Below, piece by piece: positions 10,251-17,576 of a DNA stretch of 64,000 nt. The stretch comes from an uncultured Oscillospiraceae bacterium (lineage in GTDB: Bacteria; Bacillota; Clostridia; Oscillospirales; Oscillospiraceae): positions 3,118 to 67,117 of the forward strand of contig CALWYF010000001.1 in the NCBI GenBank assembly GCA_944385705.1. The letters are read 5' to 3'. The first letter of the stretch is position 1. Each line of letters starts with the position of its first letter. The position numbers and the translations under genes were made by a program. Under the pieces are notes generated by a model, which ran no database searches, was not told the DNA's origin, and saw nothing but the letters and a program-made list of their open reading frames with translations.

Positions 10251-10714
10251 TTTACAGCTTCCTCCTTATTGTTGGATTCCGGAGCTGCGGACAGGTTTCG
10301 CAGCATCTTCTTTTGCAGCCGGTCCAGATCCTCCAGCTCCCCAGTGCTGAAGCCGCGGTACAGCAATGCCTCGGACCGGGCAATGGCCTGCTCCAGAAAA
10401 CGCTTGAGCCGCCGCCCCTCCTCGGTACCGTAGAGCAGACGCTGCCTCCCGTCTTCCCGGCTGGGCTCCAAGGACACATAGCCCTTCTCCCACAGCCGCT
10501 TTACCAGCCGGGAGATGGTGGCCTTGGAGTGGCCGCTGGCCAGATGAAGGGATGTCACCGAGACCCCCTCTTCGGCGTTTTGCAGAATATACAGCAGCGT
10601 CAGAGCCTGGACTCCGGTGATGTCTGCCTGGGCCAGGGAGCGGTTGGCCAGCTGATCCAGGCCTATGCCTATCTGCCGCCCGTCCTGTATGAGACGTCTC
10701 CGGTTCAATGTCAT
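10247..10714 (-). CDS. MarR family transcriptional regulator
   Basis: 155 aa wHTH (SGHSKATISRLVKRLWEKGYV); 4-bp overlap with the ABC gene, so likely one operon. Confidence 0.85.
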   Translation of the reverse strand: MTLNRRRLIQDGRQIGIGLDQLANRSLAQADITGVQALTLLYILQNAEEGVSVTSLHLASGHSKATISRLVKRLWEKGYVSLEPSREDGRQRLLYGTEEGRRLKRFLEQAIARSEALLYRGFSTGELEDLDRLQKKMLRNLSAAPESNNKEEAVK

Positions 10715-10889
10715 AAAAGCTATACCTCCTTTGCGTAAACAGGTACAGATTGTTAGGTACCTTATTGTTAGGTGCCTTACTATTTATAGCACATGTCCCC
10801 TTGTATGTGAAATTCAAATATGCTATAATCAATAAAAAACGTTTATAGTAGCTTCTTGTTGATCGATACCTGAGAAAGGAGAGCTGAGA

Positions 10890-11777
10890 GTGAATACCAC
10901 CCAGTTGGAGTGCTTTCTGGCCGTGGCGGACTGCCTGAACTTTTCAAAGGCGGCTGAGCGTCTGCGCCTGACCCAGCCCGCCGTCAGCCACCAGATAAAG
11001 TCTCTGGAGGACGAGCTGGAGGTGGAGCTGTTCAAGCGCAGCAGCAAGAGCGTGAGGCTGACCCAGGAGGGACATATGTTCCTTCAATATGCCGGGGATA
11101 TACTGAAGCTCTCCGGCCTGTCCAAGGCCCAGGTGAAGCAATGCAGAAAAGAGCGGCCAAACTTCCTCAGCATAGGCTGCCGCAGCGTGGGGGATCTGAG
11201 ACTGATGACGCCGGCTCTGGAACGGCTGCGGCGGGAGGACGGGAGCGTGCTGCCCCTGCTGAAGCTGGTGCCTATGAGCGCCCTGGACAATTTGCTGACG
11301 GAGGGGGAGATTCAGATGATACTGAGCTTTAAGGAGACCGCTCCGCCAAATTGCAGCTTCCGCCCCTTGCTGGACTGCCCTCTGGCGTGTGTATGCAAGG
11401 AGGACCACCCGCTGGCCGCAAAAGAGGAGACGGACCTTGAGAGCCTTAAGATCCCGGAGATGATAGCCAGCTGCCCGCCTCCGGTGTGCCCGCCCTCTCT
11501 CTTTGCCCTGCAGGGGCAGCTGGTGACCTCCAGGGCTCCCGACCAGGTGATATTCTGCGATAATCAGGAGGTGCTGTTTACCATGGTGGAGACAGGTTAT
11601 GCCTTTGCCTTGGCGGTGGATATCCCTCCTCTGCGCCGCCCGGGGCTGCGTTACATCCCGCTGAAGGGCTGCCCGCCTCTGAGCTTTGGGGCAGTGTATC
11701 TCAGAGGCCGCAGCGATACCGTCCTGCGCCGCTTCCTGAATCTGATGGAGGAGAGCCTGAAAAGTCAGGTGGGGTGA
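10890..11777 (+). CDS. LysR family transcriptional regulator
   Basis: N-terminal MNTTQLECFLAVADCLNFSKAAERLRLTQPAVSHQIKSLE, the canonical LysR HTH; GTG start after AAGGAG. Confidence 0.9.
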   Translation: MNTTQLECFLAVADCLNFSKAAERLRLTQPAVSHQIKSLEDELEVELFKRSSKSVRLTQEGHMFLQYAGDILKLSGLSKAQVKQCRKERPNFLSIGCRSVGDLRLMTPALERLRREDGSVLPLLKLVPMSALDNLLTEGEIQMILSFKETAPPNCSFRPLLDCPLACVCKEDHPLAAKEETDLESLKIPEMIASCPPPVCPPSLFALQGQLVTSRAPDQVIFCDNQEVLFTMVETGYAFALAVDIPPLRRPGLRYIPLKGCPPLSFGAVYLRGRSDTVLRRFLNLMEESLKSQVG

Positions 11778-11791
11778 ATATAATGGAACGT

Positions 11792-11837
11792 AAAAGTACC
11801 GGTCGGCTGTAAGCTTCACAGCCGACCGGCACTTTTA
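11792..11837. terminator. bidirectional terminator hairpin
   Basis: Long stem ccggtcggctgt / acagccgaccgg with a 7-nt loop, between convergent lysR and the DUF1349 gene. Confidence 0.7.
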
Positions 11838-11891
11838 CGGTAATGACCTGTTTTACATCGTTTTCACGCTGCAAATTTTTTGAGCATAGCC

Positions 11892-12506
11892 TCAAACCCC
11901 TTCGTCAGGGGCCTGCCCGTTGTGTGCGAGCCATTTACAATCAGTCAATTCCATGTTGGTGAAGACTGCCCGGAAAGAAGACTCCTCCGGGCTGCAGGCA
12001 TATATGCCGAACCTGATTTCGCCCTTTGCTTCCAGCAGATGGCATATGCGCATCTGGCGGAACACGGTTCCGTCCTCGGAGCACTCAATGCAGAAATCAT
12101 CCTGCCTGCGGCTCAGCCGGTACCACATAGATTTTACGCCGGCAGGTATCTCTGTTGTAGCCCAGTCGGAATAACCGTGGTTGGTCACAACGCTGCCCAA
12201 ATGCTGGAATCGCTCGTTTTCATACTCAATGGAGCCCTTCAGCCAGTTTTCGCTGTCCAGATACAGGACGATTCCGCACTGATCAAAACGGTGGTGGCTC
12301 TCTGTAAATTCCGTTTTCACCACAAAGGAAAAGAATTGTTCTGCCGAAGTCATCTGCAGCACCGGGGCATTGTCATTGCGGAAGTGGTAATAGGTCCTCT
12401 GCCACAGATCCGTATGGGGAGTGGTGACTATCTCTATTCTGGCCTGAGAAATGAAACAGCTTTTCGGCTCCCTTGTCCATTGCAGAGCAGTTGCGTCAAA
12501 TTTCAT
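11892..12506 (-). CDS. DUF1349 (concanavalin-like) family protein
   Basis: 204 aa; TDLWQRTYYHFRNDNAP and FDQCGIVLYLDSENWLK resemble the DUF1349 family. Confidence 0.7.
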   Translation of the reverse strand: MKFDATALQWTREPKSCFISQARIEIVTTPHTDLWQRTYYHFRNDNAPVLQMTSAEQFFSFVVKTEFTESHHRFDQCGIVLYLDSENWLKGSIEYENERFQHLGSVVTNHGYSDWATTEIPAGVKSMWYRLSRRQDDFCIECSEDGTVFRQMRICHLLEAKGEIRFGIYACSPEESSFRAVFTNMELTDCKWLAHNGQAPDEGV

Positions 12507-13096
12507 GTCTCATTCCTCCAGTATTTTTTCTTGTCTTCTTCTGTAATCTTCCGCAGCACCCGGCAGGGATTGCCCACGGCAACCACGCCGTCCGGGATAT
12601 CCCGGTTGACAACGCTTCCCGCTCCGATCACCGCATTATTCCCGATGTGTACGCCCGGCAGCACCGTCACCGACGCACCGAACCACACATTGTTGCCCAC
12701 TGTGATTGAATAGGCATACTCCAGCCCCCGGTTTCGCTGTTCGGCATCCAGGGGGTGTCCTGCTGTGGAAAAGACGCAGTTTGGCGCAATAAACACATTG
12801 TCGCCAAATATGACTTTGGCTCCGTCAAGAATAGTGCAGTTATGATTGCTGTAGAAATTTTCTCCAATTTCTATATTGCATCCATAATCGCACCAGAATG
12901 GAGCGGTAATGCAGAAGTGTTTCCCTGTTTTCCCGAAAAGCCGGCGGATAATTTTATCCTGCTCCGAAACAAGAGAGGGTTTCAGCTGATTGTATAAGAA
13001 ACAAAGATCCTTACAGCGAGCCCGTTCCTTCAGCAACTCTGCATCGTTATTGGCATCATAGAGCTGGCCTCGCTGCATTTTTTCCCGTTCCGTCAT
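12503..13096 (-). CDS. maltose/galactoside O-acetyltransferase-like (hexapeptide repeat)
   Basis: Real start is MTEREKMQRG (ATG 13094-13096) after AAGGAGA. Left-handed beta-helix hexapeptide repeats (VGNNVWFGASVTVLPGVHIGNNAVIGAGSVV). The 381-aa track ORF is an artefactual extension into a tRNA fragment. Confidence 0.88.
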   Translation of the reverse strand: MTEREKMQRGQLYDANNDAELLKERARCKDLCFLYNQLKPSLVSEQDKIIRRLFGKTGKHFCITAPFWCDYGCNIEIGENFYSNHNCTILDGAKVIFGDNVFIAPNCVFSTAGHPLDAEQRNRGLEYAYSITVGNNVWFGASVTVLPGVHIGNNAVIGAGSVVNRDIPDGVVAVGNPCRVLRKITEEDKKKYWRNET

Positions 13097-13199
13097 TTTG
13101 ATTTCTCCTTTTTGCCCCTGGCCCTGCAACATGGCGCCTTGCCGGGAATCCATATTGTTATGGTGCGCTTCATCAAAGGTTTTTATCTGCATTTCCGTT

Positions 13200-13228
13200 A
13201 TTATAATAATTATAAAAATATAAATCAA
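13200..13228 (-). promoter_or_regulatory. sigma-70-type promoter for the acetyltransferase operon
   Basis: Minus strand reads TTGATT, 17 nt, TATAAT. Confidence 0.6.
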
Positions 13229-13353
13229 GGGAATCCTTCCGCAGCGGTACCGTAAGCTTCGACACATCCTGCTCTTGCCGGATTGCTGAATCCAGAGCCC
13301 AGCGTCTGCACAGCCCTTGGCAGCTTTTCCGTCTTTGGGATGGGGCGTATTTC

Positions 13354-13388
13354 TAAAAAACAAACCCGAAGCCTTGTGCTTCGGGTTT
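13354..13388 (-). terminator. rho-independent terminator-like hairpin (minus strand)
   Basis: Stem aaacccgaagc / gcttcgggttt (13362-72 / 13378-88), followed on the minus strand by a T-run. Confidence 0.6.
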
Positions 13389-13574
13389 GAAAGGAGCCGC
13401 GACATAATGAGTGAGAGGTGAAGATTGTTCTGCAAGAAAAATCGTCGCCGCGAACGATATGGCGTCCGCCAAGGTCGTGGTCCCCAAAACCAAATCGAAG
13501 CCCAGCAAAGCGGGTTCGATTTGGAGAGGAGGAGCAGCGGAATGAGCGCACTCCGGCTTTTCTGCCGCAGGCAT

Positions 13575-13611
13575 AAAAAGTCGGAGCAAGCGATATGAAG
13601 CTTGCTCCGAC
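13575..13611 (-). terminator. original terminator of the tRNA operon, now separated from it by the prophage
   Basis: 12-bp stem gtcggagcaagc / gcttgctccgac plus T5 on the minus strand, immediately 3' of the attL copy of the tRNA-Lys 3' end. Confidence 0.8.
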
Positions 13612-13615
13612 GACG

Positions 13616-13661
13616 TGGTGCTCCAGCGGGGATTCGAACCCCGGACACCCTGCTTAAAAGG
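13616..13661. repeat. attL: 46-bp duplicate of the tRNA-Lys 3' end
   Basis: tggtgctccagcggggattcgaaccccggacaccctgcttaaaagg is identical to 48757-48802. Identity stops at both edges (13615 g vs 48756 c; 13662 a vs 48803 c). Confidence 0.95.
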
Positions 13662-13669
13662 GATAATTT

Positions 13670-14905
13670 TTAATTCTCAAAATTGCCTGTATTATCAACG
13701 CTTTCAACCGATTTTTCCACGTTGGAACACCCCGGACTATTACCCCCAAAGGCCAGAGCTACGGCCTGCACAGTGTCCTCCGGCTTGTTGGCCATAAGGT
13801 GGGTATATATATTGAGCGTGAGCTGCACAGTGGCGTGACCGGCCAGATATTGGACAGTTTTTATATCAGCCCCGGCCATGATTAGCTCGGTGATATAGGT
13901 GTGCCGGAGTTGATGAGGGGTGACATGGAAGTCGATAGATACCGTCACTTTGTGTTTTGGTATCTTATCTCCCAGCTTGTACCCGTCCCGCACCGTGCGG
14001 ATCCGGATGGCATCCCACATCTTGCGGAAGCCGGTAGCGGATACCGGCCCGCCGGTCTGATTGCAGACTACATAGGGACTGCCGGAGATGCGCTTGTCTT
14101 TGCTCTGCTGTCTTGTGGCTTGGAGCTCCTTCAGGCAGTCCAGCAGAGGCGGAGGCAGCGGTATCTTCCTCCGGGAGGCGCTGCTCTTCAGCTCCTCATT
14201 CAGCACAGGGCGGTTTTCCCCCCCCCAGTGCAGAGCCCGCTTGACCTCCAGATAGGGGACTTGCTCTGTCATGTGTACGCAGTCCCACTGCAGTCCCAGG
14301 GCCTCCTCCCGGCGCAGCCCGGCATAGAGGCACAGACTGACAAAGGGCTCCACTGAGCAGCCCTTGACGGCGGCCAGTAGGGCAGCCTGCTGAACCTTAT
14401 CCAGCGGCAGCTTCTCCTGGGACGGCTTGCCTCCGGCCTTCAGGTCTCGGCAGGGAGATCTCTTTATCAAATCATTGTCTTCAGCCGCTGCGAAGATCCT
14501 TTTGAGGGTGGTCACTATCTTTTGCTGTGAGGATTTTGAGAGCCCTGCAGCGGCAAGCATTACCGCTTTAATATCGTCCGGCTTAATATCAGATATCGCC
14601 TTGCCGCCGATAATGGGACATATGTGGTTGTTGATGGCGTTTTTATAGTCCTCCCGGCGCTTGGCGCTTAGACCGGCAGTATTGAGCTTGTACCACTGGG
14701 CGGCATATTCATAGACATAGGGCTTTTCCGGGGTACCGGACGATGCAAGCTCCGCTTCCCGGAGCCTGACTTTTTCCCGGAGCTCAGCCTTTGTAGCGGC
14801 CCACACATCAATGCTCCACTTCCCGGTGAGGGGATTTTTGAGCCTTTTCCGGTATAGCTGCCGGGCTTCGTCAAAGTAAAACTCCGGGGCATTTTTCTTT
14901 GGCAT
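13670..14905 (-). CDS. int: tyrosine-type site-specific integrase
   Basis: 411 aa; C-terminal HQLRHTYITELIMAGADIKTVQYLAGHATVQLTLNIYTH (R, HxxR, Y catalytic pattern); 8 nt from attL. Confidence 0.93.
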   Translation of the reverse strand: MPKKNAPEFYFDEARQLYRKRLKNPLTGKWSIDVWAATKAELREKVRLREAELASSGTPEKPYVYEYAAQWYKLNTAGLSAKRREDYKNAINNHICPIIGGKAISDIKPDDIKAVMLAAAGLSKSSQQKIVTTLKRIFAAAEDNDLIKRSPCRDLKAGGKPSQEKLPLDKVQQAALLAAVKGCSVEPFVSLCLYAGLRREEALGLQWDCVHMTEQVPYLEVKRALHWGGENRPVLNEELKSSASRRKIPLPPPLLDCLKELQATRQQSKDKRISGSPYVVCNQTGGPVSATGFRKMWDAIRIRTVRDGYKLGDKIPKHKVTVSIDFHVTPHQLRHTYITELIMAGADIKTVQYLAGHATVQLTLNIYTHLMANKPEDTVQAVALAFGGNSPGCSNVEKSVESVDNTGNFEN

Positions 14906-14947
14906 GGAATCACCTCAGTAAATGGTGGCTGAAGTAGTCTAAAAAAA

Positions 14948-15000
14948 TTACGTAAAATTACGTAAAAACTATTGACATACGTAATAATACGTGTTATACT
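14948..15000 (+). promoter_or_regulatory. hicAB promoter overlapped by four TACGT-core repeats (putative operator)
   Basis: TTGACA (14972-77), 17 nt, TATACT (14995-15000). TTACGTAA at 14948 and 14958; ATACGT at 14977 and 14987. Confidence 0.6.
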
Positions 15001-15058
15001 ATAACCACAGTAAGGATAAAGGACGTGAGCAGACATAAAATACAGTGAGCTTGAAAAA

Positions 15059-15217
15059 ATGTTAAGGAAAGCGGGCTGCACGGTATATAAGGAGGGTGCA
15101 AATCACACATTATGGTACAGCCCAATAACCGGTAAGACTTTCCCAGTAGGACGGCACAAAACGGAAGATGTAAAAACCGGTACTTTGAAATCAATCATGA
15201 AGGATGCGGGGCTCTAA
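15059..15217 (+). CDS. hicA: HicA-like mRNA interferase toxin (short; N-terminus unresolved)
   Basis: MLRKAGCTVYKEGANHTLWYSPITGKTFPVGRHKTEDVKTGTLKSIMKDAGL. Upstream in-frame codons read ADIKYSELEK with no canonical start before a TGA stop at 15026-28. Not in the ORF track (<60 aa). Confidence 0.7.
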   Translation: MLRKAGCTVYKEGANHTLWYSPITGKTFPVGRHKTEDVKTGTLKSIMKDAGL

Positions 15218-15253
15218 AGCCCCCATCCAAATAAAAATAGGAGGCGTTTGTTA

Positions 15254-15649
15254 ATGGCAAAATACATCTATCCTGCGGTATTTACGCTTGAGGATGAAGG
15301 CGGATATTCTATAAACTTCCCTGATATTGAGAGCTGCTATACGTCTGCGGAGACGTTGGAGGAAGGCTTGAAAATGGCTGAAGACGTGCTCTGCTTGATG
15401 CTTTACGAAATGGAGGAGAACGGCAAGGCAATTCCGAAAGCGTCGGGAATAAAGGATCTTGAGCTTGCGGAGAACGAGTTTGCCACCCTCGTGGCCTGCG
15501 ACACTTTGGAATACCGCAAATTTTATAACAGTAAGGCTGTAAAGAAAACCTTGAGTATACCTGCTTGGCTTAACACCATGGCAGAAAAAGAGGATATAAA
15601 TTTCTCCGCTGTTCTTCAAAAGGCATTGAAAGCCGAATTGAATATCTGA
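15254..15649 (+). CDS. hicB: HicB-family antitoxin with C-terminal DNA-binding tail
   Basis: MAKYIYPAVFTLEDEGGYSINFPDIESCYTSAETLEEGLKMAEDVL is a typical HicB N-domain; ATG 15254 follows AGGAGG. Confidence 0.85.
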   Translation: MAKYIYPAVFTLEDEGGYSINFPDIESCYTSAETLEEGLKMAEDVLCLMLYEMEENGKAIPKASGIKDLELAENEFATLVACDTLEYRKFYNSKAVKKTLSIPAWLNTMAEKEDINFSAVLQKALKAELNI

Positions 15650-15667
15650 GCACTTAGACTACTTGAA

Positions 15668-15702
15668 AGCCGCTTCCGTTCATTCAACGGAGGCGGCTTT
15701 TT
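15668..15702 (+). terminator. rho-independent terminator after hicB
   Basis: 13-bp stem agccgcttccgtt / aacggaggcggct (one G-U) followed by T-run. Confidence 0.75.
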
Positions 15703-15719
15703 GTGTCCAATTTGGACAC
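15703..15719. repeat. 17-bp palindrome copy 1 (GTGTCCAATTTGGACAC)
   Basis: Perfect 8+1+8 palindrome. Intergenic, 1 nt from the stop codon of the 168-aa gene. Confidence 0.9.
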
Positions 15720-15720
15720 G

Positions 15721-16227
15721 TCAATCTATGTTCCGATTAACCCCATAAAAAACTCTTCCGCTGTGAAGCACTTTCCTGTAAAAACAACCTATAGCAAAAA
15801 ATTTATCCGTGTGAATGCAGGTCTTAGCGTTGCTGCACTCCATATACCGGCTGCAACATGAGAATTCTTTGGGAAGTCTATCCAGTATGTACTGACAAGA
15901 AAGCCTAATATTATCCAAATACTCTGGTATTTCCTTCACGGAATTAATGTATACTTTGACAAAATCCTTGAAACCATCCGCTCCTATCTCATCAATATTG
16001 GGGAATTCAAGGAATGTCACCTTTTTTCCACAGTATATCCGCACAATTATATTTCCGGAAAAGCTAACAGAATATATTTCTGCAGAACTTTTACTTGTCA
16101 ATTTTTCAAACTTGGCAGTCATCCCGGAAAGCCCGTTTTCAGATAGTAGATCAGCTATGGAATTAAGAACGGTTGTTTTTACTTTTTCTATTGGTGTGGG
16201 TTCGAAAAAAGAAGTTTGTTCGTTCAT
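15721..16227 (-). CDS. hypothetical protein with Cys-rich C-terminus (distal gene of the cassette)
   Basis: 168 aa; C-terminal EFSCCSRYMECSNAKTCIHTDKFFAIGCFYRK; 4-bp overlap with the upstream gene; AT-rich. Confidence 0.6.
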   Translation of the reverse strand: MNEQTSFFEPTPIEKVKTTVLNSIADLLSENGLSGMTAKFEKLTSKSSAEIYSVSFSGNIIVRIYCGKKVTFLEFPNIDEIGADGFKDFVKVYINSVKEIPEYLDNIRLSCQYILDRLPKEFSCCSRYMECSNAKTCIHTDKFFAIGCFYRKVLHSGRVFYGVNRNID

Positions 16228-17453
16228 ACTGATACCTCACAATTTATAAGCTGGAGAAACTGATCTTCATTTAAAAAAATGATATTAGCTTTACCTGATT
16301 TATTCAAATCATAAGCTTTTTCTTCCTTTGTGCTCATGCCATCCTCTCCGACCAATGCCTTGTCCTGTTTCCCAACAACAAGATAATCCGTCTTTTTTGA
16401 AACAGAGGACTTAACAATGGCTCCAGAATTTACTGCAATCTGCATTGCCTCAGCCCTGTCCATATTCAGCTCCCCGGTGAAAACTATATTTTTGCCAAAC
16501 AATGGATTGCCCTCATCAAAAGCGGTAACTGTTGGGCTGATATCCTTGGGATTTACATTATTAAAGTGGGATACAACTGCTGGAACTTTACGGCTGCTGC
16601 CTCTCTTCCTGTAGGAGGCCTCATTACTTAGCTCATTGTTCTCACTGTCATCATCGGAAGTGTTTTTGATAAGCTGGTCTTCCATAAGCTTTGATGTGCA
16701 CTTCAGATATAAAGCTGCACAGGTATATACATCGGCCAAAGCCCTATGCGATGGCTGTTCAGGCAATTCAAGCCAAACCTTCAAGTTCTCCAGCTTGTGA
16801 TTTTCAAATTCAGGAAAAGCCTTCCGGGACAACTTCAAAGTATCAATGACCGAATAATCAAAGTTATATCCGTATGTATAGAAAGCATCACAGAGAAACG
16901 ATTTATCGAATGGAGCATTATGTGCTACTATCGGCAGTTTCTCAATAAAGGAAATAAATTCGGGCAGCACTTCTTTTATCTCGGGCGCCGTAGCCACGGC
17001 CTCATTATTTATCCCGGTAAGAGCTGTTACTTCCTCAGGTATATGCTTCCTGGGGTTGACCAAGGTTTCAAAAGTGCCTATCTCATTTCCATGGACATAC
17101 TTTACGGCAGCGATTTCTATTATGCTGTCTTTGTTGTGGTTTCGTCCGGTTGTTTCCAGATCTAGAACAACATATGATTCAGCCAATGCACTGGAAGAAA
17201 AACCAGACTGCATATCGGCCAGATAGTCGGTGTTAATACAATGCAGTTCATCACCAAGCTGGATAACGGATATGAAATCCTTTATATAGCCCTTTAATGT
17301 GCAGATTACAGGTGCATTAGTGAAACCACCAGAATACATTAAAGACTTTGCAAATTTTGAGCTAGGCGCAGCGAGGTTGTGTTCTACCATAAACCGCAAC
17401 TTTTCTGAATCATTTGAAAATGCTGTCCAATTATCTTTCGGAGGAATCATCAT
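16224..17453 (-). CDS. DEDDh (DnaQ/epsilon-like) 3'-5' exonuclease fused to a C-terminal BRCT domain, with an unassigned ~95-aa N-terminal domain
   Basis: ExoI VVLDLETTG, ExoII VAHNAPFDKSFL, ExoIII HRALADVYT. C-terminus FGKNIVFTGELNMDRAEAMQIAVNSGAIVKSSVSKKTDYLVVG is BRCT-like. Confidence 0.8.
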   Translation of the reverse strand: MMIPPKDNWTAFSNDSEKLRFMVEHNLAAPSSKFAKSLMYSGGFTNAPVICTLKGYIKDFISVIQLGDELHCINTDYLADMQSGFSSSALAESYVVLDLETTGRNHNKDSIIEIAAVKYVHGNEIGTFETLVNPRKHIPEEVTALTGINNEAVATAPEIKEVLPEFISFIEKLPIVAHNAPFDKSFLCDAFYTYGYNFDYSVIDTLKLSRKAFPEFENHKLENLKVWLELPEQPSHRALADVYTCAALYLKCTSKLMEDQLIKNTSDDDSENNELSNEASYRKRGSSRKVPAVVSHFNNVNPKDISPTVTAFDEGNPLFGKNIVFTGELNMDRAEAMQIAVNSGAIVKSSVSKKTDYLVVGKQDKALVGEDGMSTKEEKAYDLNKSGKANIIFLNEDQFLQLINCEVSV

Positions 17454-17558
17454 TTCACCCCACGCAAAAGTTTGAATAAATTGTACACATTGATAACGCA
17501 GCCATCTGGTGCTTAAATTAAGCCTTGCAATAAATTTCTTCTTGCATCATGCCACCGT

Positions 17559-17575
17559 GTGCCCAAATTGGGCAC
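17559..17575. repeat. 17-bp palindrome copy 2 (variant GTGCCCAAATTGGGCAC)
   Basis: Perfect palindrome with a C/G variant in both half-sites; lies between the cI stop (17577) and the cassette start. Confidence 0.8.
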
Positions 17576-17576
17576 A

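Noticed and set aside
13229-13574. tmRNA (ssrA) as the identity of the structured region next to the att site
   Set aside because: tmRNA is a classic phage target. However, the att core is clearly the tRNA-Lys 3' end. There is no tRNA-like acceptor/T-arm pairing with a 5' GGGG end, and no tag-peptide reading frame ending in ...LAA-stop on either strand.
12503-13648. 381-aa ORF extending the acetyltransferase upstream to MSGVRIPAGAP
   Set aside because: The N-terminal 184 aa cross two terminator hairpins, a promoter and the attL tRNA fragment. MSGVRIPAGAP is simply the reverse translation of the tRNA T-arm and recurs at 48607..48789. A good RBS plus ATG at 13096 gives a normal-length enzyme.
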